A stretch of 61,694 bases of DNA, filler included, from Nemertoderma westbladi (taxonomy: Eukaryota; Animalia; Xenacoelomorpha), in the NCBI GenBank assembly GCA_032718475.1. It is 3 parts of 3 records of this genome, joined end to end, with 100 filler letters (N's around TTAATTAATTAA, not from the genome) between each part and the next. Parts side by side here need not be neighbours in the genome. Positions count along the whole stretch, not along the records: positions 1 to 24,679 come from JAUCBJ010004936.1; 2 more parts are not named here. One strand, 5' to 3'. Shown here piece after piece: positions 1 through 12,600 of the stretch. How positions within the stretch are numbered: the first letter of the stretch is position 1; each line of letters starts with the position of its first letter. The notes under the pieces are model-generated. The model made no database searches and had not been told where the DNA came from. It saw only the letters and a list, made by a program, of their open reading frames with translations. The position numbers and the translations under genes are program-made.

Positions 1-108
1 AAATAAATATCTCGATGTGTCGCAATGAAACCCGCGATTACGTAACAATTATCCGCCAACCGATTCAATATTCCAAACGATTAGCAATAGAGTCGATATT
101 CATCTTAA

Positions 109-114
109 TTTATT
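109..114 (-). promoter_or_regulatory. Candidate polyadenylation signal (AATAAA) of PMCA
   Basis: TTTATT on + strand about 120 nt downstream of the PMCA stop codon; AT-rich context makes chance occurrence possible. Confidence 0.3.
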
Positions 115-233
115 AATAATCTCTGAAACCATGGAAGACTATCTCTAGATATCTTCCATGACAAACACGATAATTGGACTTGATTTAGGTGAACTAGATT
201 TGCGGATCCCCGACTGTTTGACGAGGAGGAGGT

Positions 234-455
234 CTATATGGAAGTCTCTACCATCCGACTAGGAGTTCGAACCACTCCGGACTCAGACAGTTCGGCGGCA
301 TGGTTAGCGAGATCTTCGTCGCTAAGAGTTTGGTAGGCATTCTCGGGAATATGGTGCATAAATAAATCGTGTTCCTGGTGGGATCTCTGGGATTTTATAC
401 TCTTAATGTCTGTCTCTTCGTACAAAGAACTCCTAAAGGCATTCACCACTCGGAT
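234..455 (-). CDS. ATP2B: PMCA last coding exon (b-type C-terminus)
   Basis: tttactttcag|ATC acceptor; IRVVNAFRSSLYE is the second half of the PMCA calmodulin-binding domain; ends ETSI*, like the PMCA-b PDZ-binding ETSL/V. Confidence 0.93.
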   Translation of the reverse strand: MRVVNAFRSSLYEETDIKSIKSQRSHQEHDLFMHHIPENAYQTLSDEDLANHAAELSESGVVRTPSRMVETSI

Positions 456-892
456 CTGAAAGTAAATGAATAATAACTTGCGTTTAATTAAGTCGGCAGT
501 TATTAAACTTGTATTAAACTTATTACGTTAAATATAAAAAAATTAAAGCTATACAGATCGATATAAGTTTTTATCTTCCTATCTTCATTTTGTATACAGG
601 TAATAGAAACTTAGTAAGAAAATCGTCGGATATTTCATACGAATCAAAAATTTAAATGTTTGTCGTGTTTAATAATCCGTAATGAACCAATAAGGTATTA
701 TTTATTACAAATTAAAATGACATCGTATCGTAATATTTACAGTCCATCACAAGACTGATTGATTGCTCAAACAATTTCGACAAACATGCTACTAACATGC
801 AGATCGTCTTCTCTTAAATAGAATACCACTAATTTATTGTTATGGAAACCTCATTCCATATTATCGAGGTCCCTTTCTAAATTAGATACAAG

Positions 893-3800
893 TAGCTGCA
901 GTTGCCACTCATCCCTAGACGCCTATCTGCTAGGCCCCTTCCCGAATTAGCTACAGTTGCCACTCATCCCTAGACGCCTATCTGCTAGGCCCCTTCCCGA
1001 ATTAGCTACAGTTGCCACTCATCCATAGACGGCTATCTGCTAGGCCCCTTCCCGAATTAGCTACAGTTGCCACTCATCCATAGACGGCTATCTGCTAGGC
1101 CCCTTCCCGAATTAGCTACAGTTGCCACTCATCCATAGACGGCTATCTGCTAGGCCCCTTCCCGAATTAGCTACAGTTGCCACTCATCCAAAGACGCATA
1201 TCTGCTAGGCCCCTTCCCGAATTAGCTACAGTTGCCACTCATCTAGACGCCTATCTGCTAGGCCCCTTCCCGAATTAGCTACAGTTGCCACTCATCCCTA
1301 GACGCCTATTTACTAGGCCCCTTCCCAAATTAGCTACAGTTGCCACTCATCTAGACGCCTATCTGCTAGGCCCCTTCCCGAATTAGCTACAGTTGCCACT
1401 CATCTAGACGCCTATCTGCTAGGCCCCTTCCCGAATTAGCTACAGTTGCCACTCATCCCTAGACGCCTATCTGCTAGGCCCCTTCCCGTATTAGCTGCAG
1501 TTGCCACTCATCTAGACGCATATCTGCTAGGCCCCTTCCCGAATTAGCTACAGTTGCCACTCATCTAGACGCCTATCTGCTAGGCCCCTTCCCGAATTAG
1601 CTACAGTTGCCACTCATCCCTAGACGCCTATCTGCTAGGCCCCTTCCCGAATTAGCTACAGTTGCCACTCATCTAGACGCATATCTGCTAGGCCCCTTCC
1701 CGAATTAGCTACAGTTGCCACTCATCTAGACGCCTATCTGCTAGGCCCCTTCCCGAATTAGCTACAGTTGCCACTCATCCCTAGACGCCTATTTGCTAGG
1801 CCCCTTCCCGTATTAGCTGCAGTTGCCACTCATCTAGACGCATATCTACTAAGCCCCTTCCCGAACTAGCTACAGTTGCCACTCATCTAGACGCCTATCT
1901 GCTAGGCCCCTTCCCGAATTAGCTACAGTTGCCACTCATCCCTAGACGCCTATTTGCTAGGCCCCTTCCCGAATTAGCTACAGTTGCCACTCATCTAGAC
2001 GCCTATCTGCTAGGCCCCTTCCCGAATTAGCTACAGTTGCCACTCATCTAGACGCCTATCTGCTAGGCCCCCTCCCGAATTAGCTACAGTTGCCACTCAT
2101 CCCTAGACGCCTATTTGCTAGGCCCCTTCCCGTATTAGCTGCAGTTGCCACTCATCTAGACGCCTATCTGCTAGGCCCCTTCCCGAATTAGCTACAGTTG
2201 CCACTCATCCCTAGACGCCTATTTCCTAGGCCCCTTCCCGTATTAGCTGCAGTTGCCACTCATCTAGGCGCATATCTGCTAGGCCCCTTCCCGAACTAGC
2301 TACAGTTGCCACTCATCTAGACGCTTATCTGCTAGGCCCCTTCCCGAATTAGCTACAGTTGCCACTCATCCCTAGACGCCTATCTGCTAGGCCCCTTCCC
2401 GAATTAGCTACAGTTGCCACTCATCTAGACGCCTATCTGCTAGGCCCCTTACCGAATTAGCTACAGTTGCCACTCATCCCTAGACGCCTATTTGCTAGGC
2501 CCCTTCCCGTATTAGCTGCAGTTGCCACTCATCTAGACGCATATCTACTAGGCCCCTTCCCGAACTAGCTAGAGTTGCCACTCATCTAGACGCCTATCTG
2601 CTAGGCCCCTTCCCGAATTAGCTACAGACAGTTGCCACTCATCCCTAGACGCCTATCTGCTAGGCCCCTTCCCGAATTAGCTACAGTTGCCACTCATCTA
2701 GACGCCTATCTGCTAGGCCCCTTCCCGAATTAGCTACAGTTGCCACTCATCTAGACGCTATCTGCTAGGCCCCTTCCCGAATTAGCTACAGTTGCCACTC
2801 ATCTAGATGCATATCTGCTAGGCCCCTTCCTGAATTAGGTACAGTTGCCACTCATCTAGACGCCTATCTGCTCGGCCCCTTCCCGAATTAGCTACAGTTG
2901 CCACTCATCTAGACGCATATCTGCTAGGCCCCTTCCCGAATTAGCTACAGTTGCCACTCATCTAGACGCCTATCTGCTAGGCCCCTTCCCGAATTAGCTA
3001 CAGTTGCCACTCATCCATAGACGGCTATCTGCTCGGCCCCTTCCCGAATTAGCTACAGTTGCCACTCATCTAGACGCATATCTGCTAGGCCCCTTCCCGA
3101 ATTAGCTACAGTTGCCACTCATCTAGACGCCTATCTGCTAGGCCCCTTGCCGAATTAGATACAGTTGCCACTCATCCCTAGACGCCTATTTGCTAGGCCC
3201 CTTCCCGTATTAGCTGCAGTTGCCACTCATCTAGACGCATATCTGCTAGGCCCCTTCCCGAATTAGCTACAGTTGCCACTCATCTAGACGCCTATCTGCT
3301 CGGCCCCTTCCCGAATTAGCTACAGTTGCCACTCATCTAGACGCATATCTGCTAGGCCCCTTCCCGAATTAGCTACAGTTGCCACTCATCTAGACGCCTA
3401 TCTGCTAGGCCCCTTCCCGAATTAGCTACAGTTGCCACTCATCCATAGACGGCTATCTGCTCGGCCCCTTCCCGAATTAGCTACAGTTGCCACTCATCTA
3501 GACGCATATCTGCTAGGCCCCTTCCCGAATTAGCTACAGTTGCCACTCATCTAGACGCCTATCTGCTAGGCCCCTTCCCGAATTAGCTACAGTTGCCACT
3601 CATCTAGACGCCTATCTGCTAGGCCCCTTACCGAATTAGCTACAGTTGCCACTCATCTAGACGCATATCTGCTAGGCCCCTTCCCGAATTAGCTACAGTT
3701 GCCACTCATCTAGACGCCTATCTGCTAGGCCCCTTGCCGAATTAGATACAGTTGCCACTCATCCCTAGACGCCTATTTGCTAGGCCCCTTCCCGTATTAG

Positions 3801-4128
3801 CTGCAGTTGCCACTCATCTAGACGCATATCTGCTAGGCCCCTTCCCGAATTAGCTACAGTTGCCACTCATCTAGACGCCTATCTGCTAGGCCCCTTCCCG
3901 AATTAGCTACAGTTGCCACTCATCCCTAGACGCCTATTTGCTAGGCCCCTTCCCGAATTAGCTACAGTTGCCACTCATCTAGACGCCTATCTGCTAGGCC
4001 CCTTCCCGAATTAGCTACAGTTGCCACTCATCTAGACGCCTATCTGCTAGGCCCCTTCCCGAATTAGCTACAGTTGCCACTCATCTAGACGCCTATCTGC
4101 TAGGCCCCTTCCCGAATTAGCTACAGTT
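893..4128. repeat. 53/55-bp minisatellite, ~60 copies, in the last PMCA intron
   Basis: Unit tagctacagttgccactcatc(cc)tagacgcctatctgctaggccccttcccgaat, with two length variants interspersed. Confidence 0.97.
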
Positions 4129-4375
4129 CCTCATCCTGCAAACACTACCGATGCGACTTAATGGCCGATGCCATGTAGAACTGATCAACCTGCTCATGAT
4201 CTTGTTTAATAGCAGCCGACTGACAATCAGGAAAGGTCTGCTGGAGTTTATAATACTACTAACTACTACTATACTCTGCTGTATTGAAACTGCACATTCA
4301 GACGCTATGCTGGCTAAACAAAAACATTTTGTCACCACCATGCAATCCACATTGGCAAGCCCAATGCAACGTGCA

Positions 4376-4580
4376 TTAAGAATGCGATGCTGGCGTGTCA
4401 ACAAAATTGCACCGCCACAACTCCCTATCACCCATGACATTTGCTAGATCATCCGCATCTTCAAGGCCAGTGTCCTTTAAGATGCGTCTCAAGAAAGTCA
4501 TGGGCTGTCCACCATGCTTATTCACTCCATAAGGCTGCCAAAGTACAAGATTATGCACTGGCTGGTCCTCACGGCGAAAA
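4376..4580 (-). mobile_element. RTE-clade LINE 3' fragment
   Basis: Near-identical to 14184-14390; encodes CFRREDQPVHNLVLWQP...LANVMGDRELWRCNFVD. Confidence 0.9.
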
Positions 4581-6104
4581 CAGACATAATTCAGAGTTTG
4601 TAACGGAGATGAAATGATGTGACTGATAGCGAACCCTTGGGTGGTTGTGTTGGGGGGCGGTCGGCGATGCATCCTGGTGGGGTGGTAGCGACGTATGTGT
4701 GAATTATGTAGTTGTATGTGACCCCCAGAAATAATACGTTGGAACATTTAGGGAGGGCAGTACACCTCATACACATCATTAATGGTTAGTGCTTTGTAGC
4801 AGCAAGCAGCATCACTACCCCCCTCCCCTTCGTTTCTAAACCGTAAATAAAACTATAAAACTGTATCAAACCGATACTAATGCGTGGATGCATGAAAAAT
4901 ATAGTTTCAGTTAAGAAACTAAAATTCCTATAAACTAATATCATAGCCACAACGATAACAAATAAACACAATAAGCGCATTATAGACTTTAGAATATGAA
5001 ATATTCAAGATAAATATCTTTCATGCATCGAATAAAATGACTAATATTCGTGAAGCAGGTCTATTCAAGTAGCTATGGCAACGGGATGCTACGTTCCAGT
5101 CTGTCGCACACTGCCTATTATACATTCAGTGTTGCACAGCAACGGCTAATTCTAAGCGCATAACTTTATTCGCGATGACACAACCGACAAAGACGCAGTA
5201 CAATTGGACCAGAGCAAGGTGGCAAAAGTTGGCAAAGATGCCACTTCTTCAGTTCGCTGAAACTTGTCAGGCAACCGCCGCAACCAACAGCTATTATTGC
5301 AGAAAGTATAAGAAGTAGAAACTATGAATTCTTCCACCCTTCTATTCTATTCCTTCAATTTCAATTTGAGTAACTAACTAGAATGCTGTTGAAGTGTTCG
5401 AGTAACTTTTGCCACCCTCCCCACTTGGTATTAGTTTATACAACGAAGCTACGGCACACAAGAATAACCAATGCTACTACCATCATTTCGGTTTTATCAG
5501 CTGTTGTATCAGACAAAGACGCCTGTTGGATCAGCGAATAAAATAAAGATAAAAATATATAGAAAGATTTAATAAATACAAGAAAATAAGGTTGAGGTGC
5601 AAATGGAGTTGAGTGAATCCGAATATCGCTTGCTAATTTCGATTAAAATTGCCAACTTATCAAATAAATTGTGTTTCATTATTAATTAAGTTTTAATTAT
5701 GTCAAAATACAACATTTGAAGAATCAACATGAGAAATCCTTGTGACTGTATCAGCCTCGGTACCCCCTGGAATCCCCTCTAGTAATAATTGATATCGGAT
5801 TTTGGATTATGAAAGGTAAATCTAAGATAAACCGTGAACTCTGTAACATCATGCATCTAAGGTGAGAGTATATAGTTGTGCGACAGACCAAAAGCATGCA
5901 CTGCAGTGGTAAGGGATATAAAGTGATGAGAAAGTCTGTGGGCGCCTGTATGAGGTTTGGTGGAACAGGTGGCAGGGGGAACAGGGGGCAGGGGGCCGAC
6001 CGATTAAGCTTAGTTGATAAATGGTGATTGTTTGGAACTGCGGCGGTTTACTAAACAGGTTTATGCGATGTATCCGGTAACAACCCCCATGGTCCGGAAC
6101 TCAC

Positions 6105-6296
6105 CTGCCGTGTTAGTCGGGTTACACCGCGGATCCAGAGGACGCGACTTCTAGTGATCCCGTCTTCTTGTCCGTCCAGAGGCGGTTCAACGTCGCCCTC
6201 CCCGCGGTCCAGAGAATCGAAAACCCCCGGCTCCGGAGGTTTGTCCCCGTACTTGAGAAATCGAGGCAATCGTTTAGTTGGTATAGTGATAATTAT
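6105..6296 (-). CDS. ATP2B: PMCA exon (post-TM10 region and first half of the calmodulin-binding domain)
   Basis: ttttag|ATAATTATC...CGGCAG|gtgagt; 192 nt; IIITIPTKRLPRFLKYG...SRVLWIRGVTRLTRQ matches PMCA GQILWFRGLNRIQTQ. Confidence 0.9.
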
Positions 6297-6390
6297 CTAA
6301 AACCAAATGTAGTTGGTATAGTGAAAATTATCTAAAACCAAATGTAGTTGGTATAGTGATAATTATCTAAAACCAAATGTAGTTGGTATA

Positions 6391-8502
6391 CTGCCGTTGT
6401 TTGGCAATACACCCTATCTCAAAATTTTCAAAAAAAATTTTATTTGATCAATTGGGGTAACTTGACACGCTCTTTTCAATGAAACTAAGAAAAGTGGGGT
6501 GTTCCTTTCACGAAATCGGACTTTTTCAATCTTAAAACACCCCATGGCAGCATCTTAAATCAACAGCTGCGAGGCAAAACACCCCATAGCTAAATTCGAC
6601 CATATAGGGTGCTTTGCCTTGTTAACTCTGTCGACCAAATAACCCTATCCTTGAGTTAGGGTTTTTTGCCTTGCGCTTTACTTTTAAGCCAATCAATTAG
6701 TTAAGGAATTGACCAATCAGAAGTAATATCCTTTGTCATTTAATAATATTTATTTACACTACTTAAAGGTAACTCTGTCTGGCGGGAAATTAATTTTAGT
6801 TATTTTAATTTGACCTGGCGCTAATTAATTTACCCTATCTAGTTATATTGATTTTTTGTTAGGAATTTACTCTTTATTACAACCAACAGTGTACTAACAG
6901 TCTTGTAGGTTTTAAGGGGAAATTGAGTTTGACAATAATGACGAGGAAGAGAATCTGGATACGTTTTTTGGATTTGTTATTACATCAGAAGGAGAAATAG
7001 GAACTGGGAGAGATGGAGTAGTTGGACGCGGGCCTGGGATGGGTGATGTAGTCGTTGTGTTAGGTACTGGGGAAGCGGAAGGTGAATAAGATGGAGCTCT
7101 TGTTGGAACTAGGGGGAGGTAGAATGGTTGTTGGAACTGGGGAAAGTGGAGTGGTTGTTGGAACTGGGGAAGGTGGAGTGGTTGTTGGAACTGGGGAAGG
7201 TGGAATGGTTGTTGGAACTGGGGAAAGTGGAGTGGTTGTTGGAACTGCGGAAGGTGGAGATGTGGTTGGAACTGGTGAATGTGGAGATGTGGTTGGAACT
7301 GGGGGAGGTGGAATTGTTGTTGGAACTGGGATTGGAACGGGGGAAGGTGGAGATGTGGTTGGAACTGGGGAAGGTGGGGTGATTGTTGGAACTGGGGAAG
7401 GTGGAGTGGTTGTTGGAACTGGGGAAGGTGCAGATGTGGTTGGAACTGGGGATGGTGGAATGGTTGATGGAACTGGGGAAGGTGGAATGGTTGCTGGAAC
7501 TGGGGATGGTGGAGATGTGGTTGGAACTGGGGATGGTGGAGTGGTTGTTGGAACTGAGGAAGGTGGCATGGTTGTTGGAACTGGGGATGGTGGAGATGTG
7601 GTTGGAACTGGGGATGGTGGAATGGTTGATGGAACTGGGGAAGGTGGAATGGTTGCTGGAACTGGGGATGGTGGAGATGTGGTTGGAACTGGGGATGGTG
7701 GAGTGGTTGTTGGAACTGAGGAAGGTGGCATGGTTGTTGGAACTGGGGATGGTGGAGATGTGGTTGGAACTGGGGAAGGTGGAATGGTTGTTGGAACTGG
7801 GGAAGGTGGAATGGTTGCCTGAACTGGGGAAGGTGGAATGGTTGTTGGAACTGGGGAAAGTGGATTGGTTGTTGGAACTGGGAAGGTGGAATGGTTGTTT
7901 GAACTTGGGATGGTGGAGATGGGGTTGGAACGGGGGAAGGTGGGGGTGGGGTTGGAACTGGGGATGGTGGAGATGGGGTTGGAACGGGGGAAGGTGGGGA
8001 TGTGGTTGGAACTGGGGATGGTGGTTAAATAAATACCTTTACTTTTTGTATTTATTTGGGAAGGAATTAATTTTAGTCATCTCATCATTCTTCATTTTGA
8101 CTTCTTGTTGACATGGCAATACACCCCAACTCCAGCAAGCTCTAAACTAATAATACGTGATACAAAATGCTCTACAAAACATGCTGGCAGAACAAAAAAT
8201 CACTGTTTTATACTAGTTTCTATGAAACCAGAACCATTGGTTAAACACCCTATCTCCAACAAATCAGCTTACATTGAATGGCAAAACACCCTATAATTTT
8301 ATTTCATCACTCTAATCCCTTTTTCGTCATCTCTCACCATCTATTATATTAAAATAATCTAAGTTAGCCTGTTAAGTTCCCTTAGGACCCATTATCAGCG
8401 ATTTCTCACAATGTCTTCAATGTTGAATTAGGGGAAACGCGTTTAGGTTAATATCTCAAAATGTGTTTTTTTAGGATAGGGTGTATTGCCAAACAACGGC
8501 AG
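6391..8502. mobile_element. Non-autonomous TIR DNA transposon (~2.1 kb)
   Basis: Perfect 28-bp TIRs ctgccgttgtttggcaatacaccctatc (6391-6418 / 8475-8502); target ggTATAgtga duplicated (TATA, or TA with TA-initiated TIRs); no transposase seen. Confidence 0.9.
7100..8025. repeat. 27-bp G-rich minisatellite (reads TTTPPSPVP on the minus strand) inside the TIR element
   Basis: Unit ggaactggggaaggtggagtggttgtt with variants; produces the overlapping repetitive ORFs at 7060-8111. Confidence 0.9.
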
Positions 8503-8917
8503 TATAGTGATAATTATCTAAAACCAAATGTAGTTGGCATAGTGATAATTATCTAAAACCAAATGTAGTTGGTGTAGTGATAATTATCTAAAACCAAATG
8601 TAGTTGGTGTAGTGATAATTATCTAAAACCAAATGTAGTTGGTGTAGTGATAATTATCTAAAACCAAATGTAGTTGGTGTAGTGATAATTATCTAAAACC
8701 AAATGTAGTTGGTGTAGTGATAATTATCTAAAACCAAATGTAGTTGGCATAGTGATAATTATCTAAAACCAAATGTAGTTGGTATAGTGATAATTAACTA
8801 AAATCGTGACAATTAATTAAGTTAACAAAGAAAATAATTGACTATATGGAATGAGTTGAATATCAGATTAATTAAATGGTAAAAATGTAATATTTGAAAA
8901 CAGTGCAGTCTGCTTAC

Positions 8918-9025
8918 CTGACCCCATAAAAGCCCACCAATAGCGAGAAATAAACACCACATCCATTGGTCAGCTGTTAAAGGTGCCGTTTTAAAGGCAT
9001 AACTTCCTACTTGAGTAATAATAGC
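8918..9025 (-). CDS. ATP2B: PMCA exon (TM9-TM10)
   Basis: ttcag|GCTATT...GGTCAG|gtaagc; 108 nt; AIITQVGSYAFKTAPLTADQWMWCLFLAIGGLLWGQ. Confidence 0.95.
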
Positions 9026-9441
9026 CTGAAAAAATATAAACATTTATAATATTTAGTGGGTTGTATGTATGTATGTATGTATGTGGGCTGAGTGGAGGAA
9101 TAAATCTTTGATTATTTGATTTAAAAAAAAAAATTGTTGATAAGCCGGCATAGCTGCCGGCGGTCAAGCATTGTATGCTTTCCTACTATTTTGACAGACA
9201 TTGCTGAAAGGACATAAAAAGAGTCAGACAGACAGACATAGTAGGTTATGTTGAAAGTGAAGTCGGAAATGAAATCATCGACCAGAAAAACCATTGCAAA
9301 AAATGTTTAGCTGGTCGGTATGATGTCCTTTTATTATAAAATGTTTAGCTGGTCGGTATGATGTCCCTATATTTTAAAACATTATTATTATACGAGTAGC
9401 TCAATGTGCGACAACCTAAGATAATAAGATGTTAACCCTAC

Positions 9442-9674
9442 CTGAATACAAGTGGTTCCCACAAGGATGCCACAGAATATTGGGTTGTTCTGGAGCCCCA
9501 AGAACACATTCCGTTCCCCGTGTATCATACGGCAATTAATTTCGTTAACTATTTGCATAAAAACGAAAGTGTTGAATATCACGGTGTAGTGCTGAGTAGG
9601 CGGGATGCTAAGGCTGGAACCATGGGAACGCGCTCGCATCTCACTCTCGTCGTCAAAGTCGAAACTCGCAGGGC
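9442..9674 (-). CDS. ATP2B: PMCA exon (TM8-TM9)
   Basis: ttacag|GCCCTGCG...ATTCAG|gtaggg; 233 nt, phase 1; [34 protein letters not shown]. Confidence 0.95.
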
Positions 9675-12600
9675 CTGTAACATAAACTTACTGGTTACTC
9701 TGTAACATAAACTTACTGGTTACTCTGTAACATAAACTTACTGGTTACTCTGTAACATAAACTTACTGGTTACTCTGTAACATAAACTTACTGGTTACTC
9801 TGTAACATAAACTTACTGGTTACTCTGTAACATATACTTACTGGTTACTCTGTAACATAAACTTACTGGTTACTCTGTAACATAAACTTACTGGTTACTC
9901 TGTAACATAAACTTACCGGTTACACTGTAACATAAACTTACCGGTTACTCTGTAACATAAACTTACCCGTTACTCTGTAACATAAACTTACTGGTTACTC
10001 TGTAACATAAACTTACTGGTTACTCTGTAACATAAACTTACTGGTTACACTGTAACATAAACTTACTGGTTACTCGGTAACATAAACTTACTGGTTACTC
10101 TGTAACATAAACTTACTGGTTACACTGTAACATAAACTTACCGGTTACTCTGTAACATAAACATACCGGTTACACTGTAACATAAACTTACTGGTTACTC
10201 TGTAACATAAACTTACAGGTTACTCTGTAACATAAACTTACCGGTTACACTGTAACATAAACTTACCGGTTACTCTGTAACATAAACTTACCGGTTACTC
10301 TGTAACATAAACTTACCGGTTACTCTGTAACATAAACTTACCGGTTACTCTGTAACATAAACTTACCGGTTACTCTGTAACATAAACTTACTGGTTACTC
10401 TGTAACATAAACTTACTGGTTACTCTGTAACATAAACTTACCGGTTACTCTGTAACATAAACTTACCGGTTACTCTGTAACATAAACTTACCGGTTACAC
10501 TGTAACATAAACTTACCGGTTACACTGTAACATAAACTTACCGGTTACTCTGTAACATAAACTTACCGGTTACTCTGTAACATAAACTTACTGGTTACTC
10601 TGTAACATAAACTTACCGGTTACTCTGTAACATAAACTTACCGGTTACTCTGTAACATAAACTTACCGGTTACTCTGTAACATAAACTTACTGGTTACTC
10701 TGTAACATAAACTTACCGGTTACTCTGTAACATAAACTTACCGGTTACTCTGTAACATAAACTTACCGGTTACTCTGTAACATAAACTTACCGGTTACTC
10801 TGTAACATAAACTTACCGGTTACACTGTAACATAAACTTACCGGTTACACTGTAACATAAACTTACCGGTTACTCTGTAACATAAACTTACCGGTTACTC
10901 TGTAACATAAACTTACTGGTTACTCTGTAACATAAACTTACCGGTTACTATGTAACATAAACTTACCGGTTACTCTGTAACATAAACTTACCGGTTACTC
11001 TGTAACATAAACTTACCGGTTACTCTGTAACATAAACTTACTGGTTACTCTGTAACATAAACTTACCGGTTACTCTGTAACATAAACTTACCGGTTACTC
11101 TGTAACATAAACCTACCGGTTACTCTGTAACATAAACTTACCGGTTACACTGTAACATAAACTTACCGGTTACACTGTAACATAAACTTACCGGTTACTC
11201 TGTAACATAAACTTACTGGTTACTCTGTAACATAAACTTACCGGTTACTCTGTAACATAAACTTACCGGTTACTCTGTAACATAAACTTACCGGTTACTC
11301 TGTAACATAAACTTACCGGTTACACTGTAACATAAACTTACTGGTTACTCTGTAACATAAACTTACCGGTTACTCTGTAACATAAACTTACTGGTTACTC
11401 TGTAACATAAACTTACTGGTTACACTGTAACATAAACTTACTGGTTACTCTGTAACATAAACTTACCGGTTACTCTGTAACATAAACTTACCGGTTACAC
11501 TGTAACATAAACTTACCGGTTACTCTGTAGCATAAACTTACTGGTTACTCTGTAACATAAACTTACTGGTTACACTGTAACATAAACTTACCGGTTACTC
11601 TGTAACATAAACTTACCGGTTACTCTGTAACATAAACTTACCGGTTACTCTGTAACATAAACTTACCGGTTACTCTGTAACATAAACTTACCGGTTACAC
11701 TGTAACATAAACTTACCCGTTACTCTGTAACATAAACTTACCGGTTACACTGTAACATAAACTTACCGGTTACACTGTAACATAAACTTACCGGTTACTC
11801 TGTAACATAAACTTACCGGTTAATCTGTAACCTAAACTTACCGGTTACTCTGTAACATAAACTTACCGGTTACACTGTAACATAAACTTACCGGTTACTC
11901 TGTAACATAAACTTACCGGTTACTCTGTAATATAAACTTACCGGTTACTCTGTAACATAAACTTACTGGTTACTCTGTAACATAAACTTACCGGTTACTC
12001 TGTAACATAAACTTACTGGTTACTCTGTAACATAAACTTACTGGTTACTCTGTAACATAAACTTACCGGTTACTCTGTAACATAAACTTACTGTTTACAC
12101 TGTAACATAAACTTACCGGTTACTCTGTAACATAAACTTACCGGTTACTCTGTAACATAAACTTACCGGTTACACTGTAACATAAACTTACCGGTTACTC
12201 TGTAACATAAACTTACCGGTTACACTGTAACATAAACTTACTGGTTACTCTGTAACATAAACTTACCGGTTACTCTGTAACATAAACTTACTGGTTACAC
12301 TGTAACATAAACTTACTGGTTCCTGTGTAACATAAACTTACCGGTTACTCTGTAACATAAACTTACTGGTTACTCTGTAACATAAACTTACTGGTTACTC
12401 TGTAACATAAACTTACCGGTTACTCTGTAACATAAACTTACTGGTTACACTGTAACATAAACTTACCGGTTACTCTGTAACATAAACTTACCGGTTACAC
12501 TGTAACATAAACTTACTGGTTCCTCTGTAACATAAACTTACCGGTTACTCTGTAACATAAACTTACCGGTTACTCTGTAACATAAACTTACCTGTTACAC

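Larger units (their letters stand above)
6275..8800. repeat. 35-bp tandem repeat containing the 3' splice site plus the first 22 nt of the exon, split by a TIR element
   Basis: Gene-strand unit catttggttttag|ataattatcactataccaacta; ~3 copies at 6275-6390 and ~8.5 at 8503-8800. Confidence 0.93.

Noticed and set aside
4117-4779. Short ORFs around 4.1-4.8 kb as genes
   Set aside because: Explained by the RTE fragment and chance frames
7060-8111. Overlapping repetitive ORFs (GTGEGG, LELGKVEW, WNWG) as host genes
   Set aside because: By-products of a stop-poor 27-bp repeat inside a TIR element; only the Pro/Thr frame has weak flank support
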